Origin: Escherichia phage vB_EcoM_G2285 | Sequence record: MK327933.1 | DNA length: 64,000 nt | Strand: one strand, 5' to 3' | Shown: positions 17,976 to 27,681 of the stretch, one piece after another | Numbering within the stretch: the first letter of the stretch is position 1 | Layout of the letters: each line of letters begins with the position of its first letter | Translations under genes and position numbers: made by a program | Notes under the pieces: model-generated | Databases searched by the model: none | Seen by the model: the letters and a program-made list of their open reading frames with translations, nothing else | What the model was told of the DNA's origin: nothing

Positions 17976-18407
17976 TTAACTTAAACATCTTTCTAAATAT
18001 TCGATGTATTCCGCTGCAGCTTGCATCAGATTACCTTCATAACCGTCATTATTTTCTTGACCAGCTAATTTAGCTAAAGCATAAGAAATACGTTCACCTT
18101 CGAATTCGCCAAGTCCACCATCACAAACTACTTGGTCAATTTCTTCGAGTTCATCTATTGAATGGGATTCCCAGAAGCACCAAAGAGAAGTATCACGGTC
18201 ATAGATGCAAAGTTTCTCACCTGTGTTCAACATCACTTCGATAATGCCATGGTCGCCATACCCATCTTCGGTAGTAGTACCAATTACCTTGATGATTGTA
18301 TCTTTCTTTAATTCAGGAAACTTATCTTGGAGTTCTTCATCTTCTTTAACAATCTTGAACCATTTACCGCGAGTTTCAGAAATATTCATAACCATACTCC
18401 ATATCAA
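17976..18407 (-). CDS. Hypothetical acidic protein
   Basis: 143 aa ORF between gene 49 and nrdC. Confidence 0.5.
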   Translation of the reverse strand: MIWSMVMNISETRGKWFKIVKEDEELQDKFPELKKDTIIKVIGTTTEDGYGDHGIIEVMLNTGEKLCIYDRDTSLWCFWESHSIDELEEIDQVVCDGGLGEFEGERISYALAKLAGQENNDGYEGNLMQAAAEYIEYLERCLS

Positions 18408-18508
18408 TTAATTCATTTATTGAAGGTTCATCATAACATGGTTCTTCGTCGTTGTAAACTGTTTCGACGTCTGGCTCAACAGTCTCCCATCGAGCCGAAT
18501 ACCATGGT

Positions 18509-18844
18509 TTAACCGCGGAACTTATTGAGCTCTTCATAATCAATCCAGGATTCTAGTCTGGATGGCAAAGCAGATTCAATGTTCCACAGAAGATCTTCGA
18601 TGGCTTGTAGGCGATTATATTCTTCAACAGTAATAGTAACCATTGTTTCAGGCTTTTTAACCATCATGTCATTCATCAGAATGTACAGGTCTTCACAAAC
18701 AGCCAGGTCGTCCCATGTCCATATTTCAGCATCTCGAACCAATGAAGTCGGAATCGAATTTAAAACTTCAAGCTTAGTAGGAGCGTCAGGGCCGAGAAGA
18801 GTTGCTACAAATTTATATGCTTTGGCGAAATCAATATCGTTCAT
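18509..18844 (-). CDS. Hypothetical protein
   Basis: 111 aa ORF; ATGA overlap with nrdC stop. Confidence 0.5.
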   Translation of the reverse strand: MNDIDFAKAYKFVATLLGPDAPTKLEVLNSIPTSLVRDAEIWTWDDLAVCEDLYILMNDMMVKKPETMVTITVEEYNRLQAIEDLLWNIESALPSRLESWIDYEELNKFRG

Positions 18845-19104
18845 TTAAAATATTCTCGCAGTTGGTCAAATCCGCCAATGTGACTTCCGTCAGGAGCAAA
18901 CACTTGAGGCATAGTCAATCCGACTTGCGATTCACGTCCAAGCTTAACAAGAAGCTCAGTAATTTTCTCATCATCGAACACACCTTTTTCCGGCATAACA
19001 TTAATGAATTCGAATGGTTGTTTCTTAACAGTCAGCAATCGTTTCGCATTATCACAATAAATGCATTTATGAATAGTAGAGTCATACCCATACACTTTAA
19101 ACAT
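18841..19104 (-). CDS. nrdC: Thioredoxin/glutaredoxin NrdC
   Basis: ORF 18841-19119; from MFKVYGYDSTIHKCIYCDNAKRLL it is 87 aa with the CxxC active site; C-terminus ...GGFDQLREYFK. Confidence 0.85.
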   Translation of the reverse strand: MFKVYGYDSTIHKCIYCDNAKRLLTVKKQPFEFINVMPEKGVFDDEKITELLVKLGRESQVGLTMPQVFAPDGSHIGGFDQLREYFK

Positions 19105-19510
19105 TATTTTTCCTTTCATCGATTAAATATGCAATGCCAAATACAATACATGTAATAAAACCTGTGATACAGATAGAAACCAACAACACTGTACCAAAGA
19201 ACCAAATCAAGTTATCTTTAGTAGTTTGTTTGATATCCATCTCACGAATTTCTATAGCTATCGTATCACCTTTATTCAGAAGCGTATAAAACGATGGCGA
19301 TACACGCCTGTCAAAAACTCGTCCTTGTTCATCTTTATAGACTGCAATAAATTCTAATTTAGAATATTTTCCTGTAGATTGACCTGAGATTAATTCCACT
19401 ACCTCCACAGGAATTACTTTAGTTTCCATGTAAGTATTCTGGCTGCTCCAAATGAATGGAATAATGGCAAAAACTAAAGCTGTGATAAAACAACGAAGGC
19501 TATATCTCAT
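19097..19510 (-). CDS. Membrane protein
   Basis: 137 aa with N- and C-terminal hydrophobic helices. Confidence 0.5.
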   Translation of the reverse strand: MRYSLRCFITALVFAIIPFIWSSQNTYMETKVIPVEVVELISGQSTGKYSKLEFIAVYKDEQGRVFDRRVSPSFYTLLNKGDTIAIEIREMDIKQTTKDNLIWFFGTVLLVSICITGFITCIVFGIAYLIDERKNNV

Positions 19511-19815
19511 TATAATGTTCTCTCAAATTTGTGGAAGCATTTACGGCATTTCAATTTCAGGTTATCAGTGGTCCAGTTAACCAGTTGGACTTGGATAGTT
19601 CCACATTCCGGACATGGATGTTTTGCTGCCGATTTGGCAGCATTTTCACGTCGTTCAACCATTTTCATGATTTCGTTCCATGCCGGAGGAACGAACTCTT
19701 CTTCACCGTGGATTTTATCTTGCTGAACAAATTCAATCTTTGAACTATCGTCAATAAACTTAACCAAGCGGTGATTAGTGCTCATATCAATATCCTCTAA
19801 AAGACGTAGTTTCAT
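19510..19815 (-). CDS. Small zinc-ribbon protein
   Basis: 101 aa with CPECG...CRKC motif. Confidence 0.5.
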   Translation of the reverse strand: MKLRLLEDIDMSTNHRLVKFIDDSSKIEFVQQDKIHGEEEFVPPAWNEIMKMVERRENAAKSAAKHPCPECGTIQVQLVNWTTDNLKLKCRKCFHKFERTL

Positions 19816-20765
19816 TATAAAACCTCAATGGCATTTCGTAAACCATCCGCTTTCGCATTCAGAGCTTTTAACGATTTAGTTTGTTCTGCAATCTGGGCTT
19901 CGACTTCTTTCAGACGAGATTTGAGATATTCGCGTTCTTCTCTTAAGTTATCAACTTTTTCTGCTTTAGGTTCTTTAATAGGCTTAGGTTTATACGTATT
20001 AGGGTTCTTCAGTTTAATTTGAATGCGTGAACTGTATAACATTGAACCATTATCTTCGGTTTCATCATACATTTCTACTACATCCATAGTCTGTAACATC
20101 GTACAAAGTTTATAAGACAGCGAACGAACGGTTTTGTTGTGCTTATTAATTTCTTCGGCTTTCATGATACCGAGATTACGTGAGTAATAATAAGGAACCT
20201 GGATATCAATTGACAATGATGCGTTACCATTACCGGTTGGTTTGAATACTGCAGTAACCCAATCTTTAACATGAACTTTATTTGTACGACCGTCGCCGCC
20301 TGTGAATAATTTACGTGAATGTTTAAAAAGCATGTTCACTTGGTTATTGAATTCACAAGCAAATTTATCAGCAAATTTAGTTTCAGGAATGGTAGATAAC
20401 CAATCAGCCAAATGGGTCTTTTTAACATCGTTAATAATAGTAAATTCAACTAAATCAGTTTTAGATGTCACAGATTTAATAAAGCTCGGCTTCATAAAGT
20501 TTTTAATGTTATCGCGAGCTACAGTAGAAGATAATAAACGAGAACGTTTGAACCATTGAAGCAGCGTCCCTAATGAATGAGAATACGCATTCTGTGTATC
20601 TTTACAGATATGATTTTCTTGACCTGTGTATGTACAAAAATCGCGAAGAATACCACTTACTACATCTCGGTGTGGAATATCAAATCCTAGTGCACCAGCA
20701 GCGCGCTGAGCATGAACGTTAGCGATAAGACCGGCAAAGTATTCAATGTAATGTGAACGTGTCAT
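19815..20765 (-). CDS. Hypothetical protein with C-terminal coiled coil
   Basis: 316 aa ORF; C-terminal 60 aa heptad-like (EEREYLKSRLKEVEAQIAEQTKSLKALNAKADGLRNAIEVL). Confidence 0.55.
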   Translation of the reverse strand: MTRSHYIEYFAGLIANVHAQRAAGALGFDIPHRDVVSGILRDFCTYTGQENHICKDTQNAYSHSLGTLLQWFKRSRLLSSTVARDNIKNFMKPSFIKSVTSKTDLVEFTIINDVKKTHLADWLSTIPETKFADKFACEFNNQVNMLFKHSRKLFTGGDGRTNKVHVKDWVTAVFKPTGNGNASLSIDIQVPYYYSRNLGIMKAEEINKHNKTVRSLSYKLCTMLQTMDVVEMYDETEDNGSMLYSSRIQIKLKNPNTYKPKPIKEPKAEKVDNLREEREYLKSRLKEVEAQIAEQTKSLKALNAKADGLRNAIEVL

Positions 20766-20793
20766 AATATTTTCCTCTCGTTAAGATAGGTTC

Positions 20794-20822
20794 ATTATAC
20801 TCCAACCATCCTTGGTTGTACA
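20794..20822 (-). promoter_or_regulatory. Early-type promoter with palindromic spacer
   Basis: Minus strand TGTACA - spacer with hairpin CAACCA-AGGA-TGGTTG - TATAAT. Confidence 0.4.
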
Positions 20823-21818
20823 TCATTCCTTAAGAAGTTTTACTACCTGAATAAGATTAGCTCGTTCTGTTTTATTTTTACCATTTAAGCCTGCTAATCG
20901 TGAGATTTCATCGTCAGTCTGTTGAATAGTTACATTAAGTTCGTTAATCAAAGCTTCAAAGTATTTGATTTGCTCAGCATGTTTTGATTCAAATTTCTGA
21001 ACCGGAATAACGTCTTGGTTTAGTTCATCAATAAGGTCTTTAAGAGCATCTTCTTGGTTGATATCATATTCAACTTCTTTTATTTCTTCAACGAGCTCGT
21101 CTTTATATCTAACGTCTTTTAGTCCTGGTGCTGGTCCTGAAATCTCTTCTTTAAGAGTACAAACATATCCAATACGGTATCCAATGCCGTCTCGCTTGAT
21201 ATCAACTTCGTCGATAAATCCACAATGTTTAAGACCAGAGCCGATTAGGTTAAAATATCCTTGACGTCGTCCTTCAAACGTTACACGAACTACTAAGACA
21301 GTTTTGCCACCAACCTTTTGAAGCTCACATTTATAAAAGTCCGTTGAACCTGAATAACGTGGGTGAGTTTTAAAGTTCATCTGACGATCTAGGCCCATTT
21401 GTAAACGTGCTGTTACGGCCAGAAAACGTGTTTGGTTCTCGTTAAGATGAGCAACAATCCGTTTCAAAGGCATTTTACACTGTTCACGACCGAACAAATC
21501 AGTACGTCCTAGATTACGCAGGATATTGTTAGAGTTAATCATCGACAGAACGTTAAGTTTATTCAGCGCGCTGAAGATTCCATCAGCCATTGATTTTCCA
21601 TAACCTTTACACGCTTTAATAAGTGCTCGCGGCAGATTAGTATAGATTTCAGACGGCATATGAAAATCAAATTTACTAGTCAGTAATTGATGAACTTGGA
21701 TAGCAATTTGCTCATAATTAAGTGCTCTGCGATCGTTATGGTCTTTAAACCACACTTTAATCTGTGAAGCACATAAACCGTTAATTTCATGTTTTACCGC
21801 ATCAGATGTAATGCTCAT
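20823..21818 (-). CDS. Hypothetical protein with C-terminal coiled coil
   Basis: 331 aa ORF. Confidence 0.55.
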   Translation of the reverse strand: MSITSDAVKHEINGLCASQIKVWFKDHNDRRALNYEQIAIQVHQLLTSKFDFHMPSEIYTNLPRALIKACKGYGKSMADGIFSALNKLNVLSMINSNNILRNLGRTDLFGREQCKMPLKRIVAHLNENQTRFLAVTARLQMGLDRQMNFKTHPRYSGSTDFYKCELQKVGGKTVLVVRVTFEGRRQGYFNLIGSGLKHCGFIDEVDIKRDGIGYRIGYVCTLKEEISGPAPGLKDVRYKDELVEEIKEVEYDINQEDALKDLIDELNQDVIPVQKFESKHAEQIKYFEALINELNVTIQQTDDEISRLAGLNGKNKTERANLIQVVKLLKE

Positions 21819-21880
21819 AACTATTTCCTCAGATTGAATTGGAACTCAAAACCATTATAACCCGTCCTTGGGTAAAGCGT

Positions 21881-22408
21881 TTATGCGTGAACCGTCTTTA
21901 AACGTTCTTCAAATTTCCGAAGAGTACTAATACGTTCTGCTTTCTGTTTTGTATAGTTTGCAATACGTTCTGAAGTGAGAGCGTATCGTTCGTTTACTGT
22001 TTCTTTCATGAAGTCAGGGATTTCACGAGAAGCTTTAATTTCATCAAACTTATCGAGTACTGCCTGGTCTTCAGCGATTAAATTTTCGTACATCTCGATA
22101 TCTTTCTTGATAAACTCGATATCTTCCTGGGTTACTTTGGATAAACGAGATGCTTTATCCTTTTTGTACTGCTCGTTAGTTTCACGAGACCAGAATAATG
22201 TACGTTTTTTGTTAGTGTTTTTGTAGACTTCCACAATTCCAACCGAATCGATGATAACAATCCAATTCCAGCGAGATTTGAAAATCTGACCTCCGTCCAC
22301 GGTAATCTCGTTACCATAAGCAATGTCATTAAAGAACTTACTTTGTGCTTCAGATTTAAATTTACCGTCGTTATAATTTACCAGGTTGAAAATATCTTTA
22401 GCGTTCAT
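21881..22408 (-). CDS. Hypothetical protein
   Basis: 175 aa ORF. Confidence 0.55.
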   Translation of the reverse strand: MNAKDIFNLVNYNDGKFKSEAQSKFFNDIAYGNEITVDGGQIFKSRWNWIVIIDSVGIVEVYKNTNKKRTLFWSRETNEQYKKDKASRLSKVTQEDIEFIKKDIEMYENLIAEDQAVLDKFDEIKASREIPDFMKETVNERYALTSERIANYTKQKAERISTLRKFEERLKTVHA

Positions 22409-22427
22409 GTTTTACCTCCAGTAGTTG

Positions 22428-22464
22428 ATAGGTCTATAATAACATAACCATAGACCTTGTAAAC
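22428..22464 (-). promoter_or_regulatory. Early-type promoter with inverted repeat
   Basis: Minus strand GTTTAC (plus 22459-22464) then ATAGGTCT...ATAGACCT palindrome around the -10. Confidence 0.4.
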
Positions 22465-22466
22465 AA

Positions 22467-22754
22467 CTAAAAGAAACTTTTTTCGGTATTTTTTCCACTG
22501 AACCAAACAGACTTCGGGATTTTTTGTAATTTTTCAGATTTAAGTTTCTCTTCCTGTTCTTTCTTATATACACCCTTGTCGTACTGGAGCATCTCTATGG
22601 CATTCTTTTGCAAACGATCTAAGGTAATTAAGGCTTTAGTTTTTCCTTTCAAGGAAGAGTCCTGGCGAACCTCCTCGCTATATTGCATCGTAGAACTAAC
22701 CATACGATGAGCATAGAGTTCGACTGCGGCTTTAATTTTTTGCATAAAATCCAT
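22467..22754 (-). CDS. Hypothetical protein
   Basis: 95 aa ORF. Confidence 0.45.
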   Translation of the reverse strand: MDFMQKIKAAVELYAHRMVSSTMQYSEEVRQDSSLKGKTKALITLDRLQKNAIEMLQYDKGVYKKEQEEKLKSEKLQKIPKSVWFSGKNTEKSFF

Positions 22755-22892
22755 AACATATCCTCTTTGATTTGTACATCATTATTTTTAAATATTTCTA
22801 TGCCCTCAGTAGGTTCCTGGTGTCCTTATTTGAGGTAAGCCATATGATTATTCATCTTTATGGCTTTTGTTACCTCAGAACTTCCTATAAGC

Positions 22893-23894
22893 TTATTTCA
22901 GTAAAGTTACTTCAGAGATTTCCTCCCAACCATCTTTGTCAGTTGAAATAAAATCTGCTACATAAAGAGCCGTACGTAATGATACATTGCGAAGACGAGA
23001 TACGTTAGCCTTCATCCAGGACAATGCTTTGTACGTTTCTGCATCAGTCAGACCACGTTTCTGCATCATGTCAGTAGATAATATTACATCTTCAACTCGA
23101 ACCATAATCTCTTCATTAGAGTGTACTCCAAGGTCGAGATACACTGAACGAGATACTAAAGCTTGAAGGTGAGGAGCAAGTTTCGAACCACGTTCTAACT
23201 CTTTATCGATATCAACGTTTGTAATGAAAACGATAGTACCTTCAAACTCAAATTCTTTATCGATACCCTTATCATCAAGATAAGATGATGCAGTGCTCCA
23301 GCAAACTTTGCGTTTATCACCGGTATCTAATGCTGCTTTAAGAAGGTTCAAGATGTCCATATCTGAGAATACGTCAACGTCGTCGATTAAGAGAACGCTG
23401 TCTGCATCACGGTTGAGCCAAAGTTGTTCGTAAAGGCCAATACCAGAGATTTTACCATTAATGCTTTTGTATTTGATGAAACCATTATCATTAGCATTAT
23501 TAAGTGCTTTATCCAGAGAATACGTCTTACCAATACCGGCTGCACCTGAAATAATGAGTGAACGAATTTTGCCATCGATAATGCCATTCGTCATCATGTT
23601 CATTACTTTAAAGCGTTTGTTGATACGAGTTTTCATATCTTCAGTGCTTTCAACAACTGCAACTGGTGATGTCTCAACTCCTTCCATTACGATGTCTGAT
23701 TTGAAGACCCATACTCCACGTTCAGAACCATCAATCATAACGAAAATTTTACCATCACCTAAGTGGGAACATTCAGGATTAAGCTTTGCCGGGAACCAGG
23801 TCTTTGTGGCAACATAAGAACCAGAGATTTCGTTATTACGATAGATACCTTTTTTGATTTGAACATTGAACATTTTATTCTCCAATTTACTCAT
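22893..23894 (-). CDS. P-loop ATPase (AAA-like) with N-terminal extension
   Basis: 333 aa; Walker A ISGAAGIGKTY, Walker B VLLIDDVD. Confidence 0.65.
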   Translation of the reverse strand: MSKLENKMFNVQIKKGIYRNNEISGSYVATKTWFPAKLNPECSHLGDGKIFVMIDGSERGVWVFKSDIVMEGVETSPVAVVESTEDMKTRINKRFKVMNMMTNGIIDGKIRSLIISGAAGIGKTYSLDKALNNANDNGFIKYKSINGKISGIGLYEQLWLNRDADSVLLIDDVDVFSDMDILNLLKAALDTGDKRKVCWSTASSYLDDKGIDKEFEFEGTIVFITNVDIDKELERGSKLAPHLQALVSRSVYLDLGVHSNEEIMVRVEDVILSTDMMQKRGLTDAETYKALSWMKANVSRLRNVSLRTALYVADFISTDKDGWEEISEVTLLK

Positions 23895-23992
23895 TTCGTT
23901 TCGATAGGTCTATAGTATCATATCCTAAAAGCATGTACACTACTTTTTTAAAAATATTTTAACCCCCTAAAGGGACCCGAAGGTCCCCACAT

Positions 23993-24259
23993 TTACTTAT
24001 CGCACTTAGCAACATAATTAGGCATATCACAGAATACGGAGCGAGTAACTACTCGGCCCTTTGACCATGCTTCAGTTGCTTGTCCGGCCGTGCTATTAAT
24101 ATAGCTTGATCTAATGTTCTCAATACCCTGAGAATGTGATGCATTTACCGAACCGTTAGAAGGCCCAGAAGACTGGTTACCACCAGCTCCTGCGCCCGTG
24201 GTAGCACCAACAGAGAATGCCATCATTACTGCGAATAAACCAATTACTAATTTTTTCAT
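23993..24259 (-). CDS. Small secreted glycine/serine-rich protein
   Basis: 88 aa; signal-peptide-like N-terminus MKKLVIGLFAVMMAFSVGA. Confidence 0.5.
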   Translation of the reverse strand: MKKLVIGLFAVMMAFSVGATTGAGAGGNQSSGPSNGSVNASHSQGIENIRSSYINSTAGQATEAWSKGRVVTRSVFCDMPNYVAKCDK

Positions 24260-24286
24260 ATTTACCTCAAGTTAATGGTTATTTAT

Positions 24287-25276
24287 CTATTTATAGTAAG
24301 AATTATGATTTTCGAGATAGACTTGCTCAAGGAAGTCGTCCCAGAAACTCATATCTACTTTTTGTTGCATACCGTTCTTAGCGGCTTGTTCTGACGCATG
24401 TTCAACTTGGTCAACGATATCTTCTAGGAATTCTTGTACAGTTTTAAATGTATGTTTACCAAGCTTAACATCGAGAATAAATGGAGCATCCTGAAGTGGG
24501 TAAACCAGGTCGCCGGTTTTGTAAATTTCCAATAGTTGAAGTCCACCACGACATGCATGACTCAATGCTTTCCAGTCAATACCTTCGTTGGCTTCGGCCT
24601 TACGAGCACGTTCACCATAGTTCTCTTCCAGTTTAACCAGGATGGCATTGAACTCTTTATTGGTTAACGTGTCTTGGAATTTACGGTCTAACAGATTATA
24701 GAATGTTTGCTTACCTGTTTTCTCGTTTTCGGTTTCAACCCACGAAGCAAATTCACCTACAGGCAGAACATTCTTCATATGTGATAAACGAATTACTGCA
24801 CCATTATCAAAGTATTGTCCCCATTCATTAGAACGTTTAAGGGCTTGACGAAGAACAGCCAGTCGAGAACCCTTGACACCGTATTTAGAAGCTTGCTTAC
24901 GGACATACCCTAAATAAGATTTCATGTTAGTGGTATAGAAACGAGACCTGTTATCTTGAATATACTTCCATACATCAGGCAAATCAGATTTAACTACTAG
25001 ACTTGGTGGAGTGTGAAGCATATCTAATGCGACGGTTTCACCATCCGCAGCTAGTTTAAAGAAATATTTGAGACTATACAACTCATGGTCTACGTCGTCT
25101 TTTGTGTTCTTAGAAGATGTGTTATTCGTGTTCTTGCTCATGTGTTCTTTAACGTTACCGGTCAAGATATCACGAGCATGAGGGACATAAATTTCTTTAA
25201 AATCGACATCAGATTCAGGAGTAGACGTTCCATAAAGGTGGCTACCAAAGTAGCTTTTCATAATTGTTTTCATCAT
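24287..25276 (-). CDS. Pol-beta-superfamily nucleotidyltransferase-fold protein
   Basis: 329 aa; N-terminal GSHLYGTSTPESDVDF matches the GS-x(9-13)-DxD nucleotidyltransferase signature; further acidic residues DDVDHE about 40 aa downstream. Confidence 0.5.
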   Translation of the reverse strand: MMKTIMKSYFGSHLYGTSTPESDVDFKEIYVPHARDILTGNVKEHMSKNTNNTSSKNTKDDVDHELYSLKYFFKLAADGETVALDMLHTPPSLVVKSDLPDVWKYIQDNRSRFYTTNMKSYLGYVRKQASKYGVKGSRLAVLRQALKRSNEWGQYFDNGAVIRLSHMKNVLPVGEFASWVETENEKTGKQTFYNLLDRKFQDTLTNKEFNAILVKLEENYGERARKAEANEGIDWKALSHACRGGLQLLEIYKTGDLVYPLQDAPFILDVKLGKHTFKTVQEFLEDIVDQVEHASEQAAKNGMQQKVDMSFWDDFLEQVYLENHNSYYK

Positions 25277-25746
25277 TTAGCCTTATATTCAAGAGTAAGA
25301 CAGACTTTTTCTTTACGAGCTTTAAGGTATTCACCTATTAATGATTTCTTACGTTCAATAGGCTCAAGTCCATTTTTAATTCGTTCTTGGTTTTGCGCAA
25401 TGAGCTCAATTTCTTTATAATATTTTCTGTCGTTATATTTGTCTAACAACCAAGACGGACCAATTACTAACCCGGTAGCAATAAAAGCCATGACTGCTAC
25501 AATTAAAATGCCTACACCAATTGAGGCTGGAACTAATGTCCATAGACTGCTAAAAACAAAGAATTTAGTTAAAATTTCCTGGCCAACGATTGTGACTGCT
25601 GCTAAAATCGCAAATCCAATAATTGAAACAGCCAATACCGGGATTAACGTTTTCCAAAAATAAGCACACAACGTTTTCGGACGATTCCATGTACTATTGA
25701 ACGCGGCATAAATTTTAAAGTGCCAAGAGTTTTCATTGATAATCAT
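25273..25746 (-). CDS. Membrane protein (about 3 TM helices) translationally coupled to the nucleotidyltransferase-fold gene
   Basis: 157 aa; hydrophobic stretches LIPVLAVSIIGFAILAAVTIV and VGILIVAVMAFIATGLVI; ATGA overlap with 24287-25276. Confidence 0.5.
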   Translation of the reverse strand: MIINENSWHFKIYAAFNSTWNRPKTLCAYFWKTLIPVLAVSIIGFAILAAVTIVGQEILTKFFVFSSLWTLVPASIGVGILIVAVMAFIATGLVIGPSWLLDKYNDRKYYKEIELIAQNQERIKNGLEPIERKKSLIGEYLKARKEKVCLTLEYKAK

Positions 25747-25755
25747 AATAATTCC

Positions 25756-26298
25756 TTATTTCAAAGTTGGGATAATAGAATCGAGATAAGCTTTAAGAGC
25801 AACTGCCTCATCTTTGTCTAATGTAATGATATGTTGACGAAGGTCATCAATTTGGCGAATAACTACGACATCACCATCTTCATAAGAAGGATTAACGCCT
25901 AGGACTGTTGTATAGTCAGGGCGGTCCTGATTTGTAATAAAAGCATTACGGCATTTAGCCCATTGAAGTTTGGCCTTTTTGGCTGTTTCAGATTCCATTA
26001 ATTCTTTCACCTTAGTGACGAATGTTTTCCAATTATTAATAGAAAAACATTCATCTTCGGTTTCGATATTAACCCCACTATAAAGTCCGTGATAAAAACG
26101 AACTTGAAGGTCTTCATCAATGTTAATTACAGATGCATGACCGGGTGGATTGAGTTTCAAAATCTTGTCTAGTTCCATAGGAAGAATAGTAGCAGCATCA
26201 TCTTCTTGTGTCAGAACATACACATAACCACGTTTTTCGATACATAAATCACCGAACAACTCGGTTGTTTCAATTACAGTTTTCATATTATTCACCAA
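25756..26298 (-). CDS. Hypothetical protein
   Basis: 180 aa ORF. Confidence 0.55.
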   Translation of the reverse strand: MVNNMKTVIETTELFGDLCIEKRGYVYVLTQEDDAATILPMELDKILKLNPPGHASVINIDEDLQVRFYHGLYSGVNIETEDECFSINNWKTFVTKVKELMESETAKKAKLQWAKCRNAFITNQDRPDYTTVLGVNPSYEDGDVVVIRQIDDLRQHIITLDKDEAVALKAYLDSIIPTLK

Positions 26299-26467
26299 TT
26301 AAAGTTTCAACAAAATTCACCAAAGCATTCTGGCACGCATCAACCTGATTTTCATAAAAGTCTCCGGTATCATTTACCGCATGGTAAGCTACATCATTCA
26401 AATCTGAATCGGCTTCACGTAAGTCACGGATAAGGTCCATCAATTTTTCAGCTTGTTCACGGGTCAT
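26288..26467 (-). CDS. Hypothetical small acidic protein (59 aa, below ORF-track cutoff)
   Basis: Own translation MTREQAEKLMDLIRDLREADSDLNDVAYHAVNDTGDFYENQVDACQNALVNFVETLIGE. Confidence 0.35.
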   Translation of the reverse strand: MTREQAEKLMDLIRDLREADSDLNDVAYHAVNDTGDFYENQVDACQNALVNFVETLIGE

Positions 26468-26586
26468 TTTACCATACTCGCTTCAATAAGATTCATTACA
26501 CCATTTACCATGTTATAGGTAAACATCGGATAATTGTATTGTACTACAACATAAGCGATAAGCAAAAGTTTCATTTTGTTCTCCAT

Positions 26587-26623
26587 TTGTTTTGGTAGGA
26601 CTACTATAACATAATCCTACCAA
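26587..26623 (-). promoter_or_regulatory. Promoter/stem-loop cassette (PeSL-like), copy of the ATAGGACTACTATAACATAGTCCTAT family
   Basis: Minus strand GTTTAC (plus 26618-26623) followed by palindrome GGTAGGACTACTATAACATAATCCTACC. Confidence 0.5.
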
Positions 26624-26631
26624 GTTGTAAA

Positions 26632-26865
26632 CTACCGATTGTGTTTTAAATGTTGATAAAGTTCTTCAACTTGTTTAGGGTCCAAAACAATTAAGTCATT
26701 TTCTTGACGAAGATAAATCCATCCCTTATCCCCAGGGCCATTTTTACAAAACATCACCACCATATCATCATCTTCAGCGCTTTCAGGTAAAAGTTCAAGT
26801 ACACCGTCTTCAGATTTTCCAGTATAATCGTAAAGCATAATATCCTCACATAATCTCGTTAACAT
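26632..26865 (-). CDS. Hypothetical small protein
   Basis: 77 aa ORF. Confidence 0.45.
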   Translation of the reverse strand: MLTRLCEDIMLYDYTGKSEDGVLELLPESAEDDDMVVMFCKNGPGDKGWIYLRQENDLIVLDPKQVEELYQHLKHNR

Positions 26866-27025
26866 ACATTTGCAATTCGGTGTGGGCTTCGGCCATCTTT
26901 TTCATAGCTCTGTTAATGTCGATGTCTCCATCTTCGCAACCATGAGCATTTTCCCAATCAGATACCGCATTAGCGTACTCTTCAATCAAAAACATCAACT
27001 TAGAAATTTTTTCTTTACGTGACAT
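26846..27025 (-). CDS. Hypothetical small protein
   Basis: ORF 26846-27064; start placed at internal Met (MSRKEKISKLMF...) at 27025 with SD GAGGAG, because the promoter -10 lies at 27053-27061. Confidence 0.4.
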   Translation of the reverse strand: MSRKEKISKLMFLIEEYANAVSDWENAHGCEDGDIDINRAMKKMAEAHTELQMYVNEIM

Positions 27026-27030
27026 AACGT

Positions 27031-27081
27031 TCTCCTCTAGTAAGTAAGGTTTACTATAACACAACCTGAGGAGAAGTAAAC
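27031..27081 (-). promoter_or_regulatory. Early-type promoter with inverted repeat that can sequester the downstream Shine-Dalgarno
   Basis: Minus strand GTTTAC (plus 27076-27081), -10 TGTTATAGT; arms TTCTCCTC (27031-27038) and GAGGAGAA (27068-27075). Confidence 0.45.
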
Positions 27082-27091
27082 TGCTAAATGC

Positions 27092-27119
27092 AAAAAAGCC
27101 CCAACCGTAAGGAAGGGGC
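27092..27119 (-). terminator. Rho-independent terminator after rI
   Basis: Hairpin GCCCCTTCCTTACGGTTGGGGC followed by TTTTTT on the minus strand. Confidence 0.55.
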
Positions 27120-27126
27120 TAGTAAA

Positions 27127-27429
27127 TTAGATAGATGTAGGCTCTAATTTTATTTTCATGAACTCGGCAAATTGTCTGGCAGTTTTTATGCCTTGTTCAT
27201 GACATTCAAATGCATCATCACAGGGGCTATTTTTGTAATGCTTTGCCATATACTTATAGAATTTTTCAGAATTCTCGACATTTTGAATTTCAAACAAAGT
27301 ATATACGTTTTTAATCCCTGATTCCATAAAGTTATCAAAATATGGGTCGATATATGCAGTACCAACGATAGGAGTTGTTGCTGCAAAAAACCCCAGCATC
27401 GCCATGACAGCTATCGCTCTTAAGGCCAT
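27127..27429 (-). CDS. rI: Lysis inhibition regulator RI (periplasmic, signal-anchor)
   Basis: 100 aa; MALRAIAVMAMLGFFAATTP signal-anchor then ...DPYFDNFMESGIKNVYTLFE...; immediately upstream of tk as in T4-type genomes. Confidence 0.7.
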   Translation of the reverse strand: MALRAIAVMAMLGFFAATTPIVGTAYIDPYFDNFMESGIKNVYTLFEIQNVENSEKFYKYMAKHYKNSPCDDAFECHEQGIKTARQFAEFMKIKLEPTSI

Positions 27430-27441
27430 ATAGGCCTCCTG

Positions 27442-27675
27442 TTAATTTTGGCCAGTATTTATTTTTCGCCTTTGGACGGCCTTAACATCTGTGAGGTATT
27501 TTTCCAGCTTGCGCTTGCGTGTATAATCAGCTTTAGAACCAGTTTGACGGATATCCTCGTTTAAATGAGAAATAGAATGTCCTAATTCTCTTCGGATTTC
27601 ATCTAATTGGGTTACAGTAAGATTACGAAGTTGTCTTTCGTTTAATTGCTGCATATATACCTCTTGGTTAGACAT
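27442..27675 (-). CDS. Hypothetical small basic protein
   Basis: 77 aa ORF between tk and rI. Confidence 0.45.
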   Translation of the reverse strand: MSNQEVYMQQLNERQLRNLTVTQLDEIRRELGHSISHLNEDIRQTGSKADYTRKRKLEKYLTDVKAVQRRKINTGQN

Positions 27676-27681
27676 TAGTAT

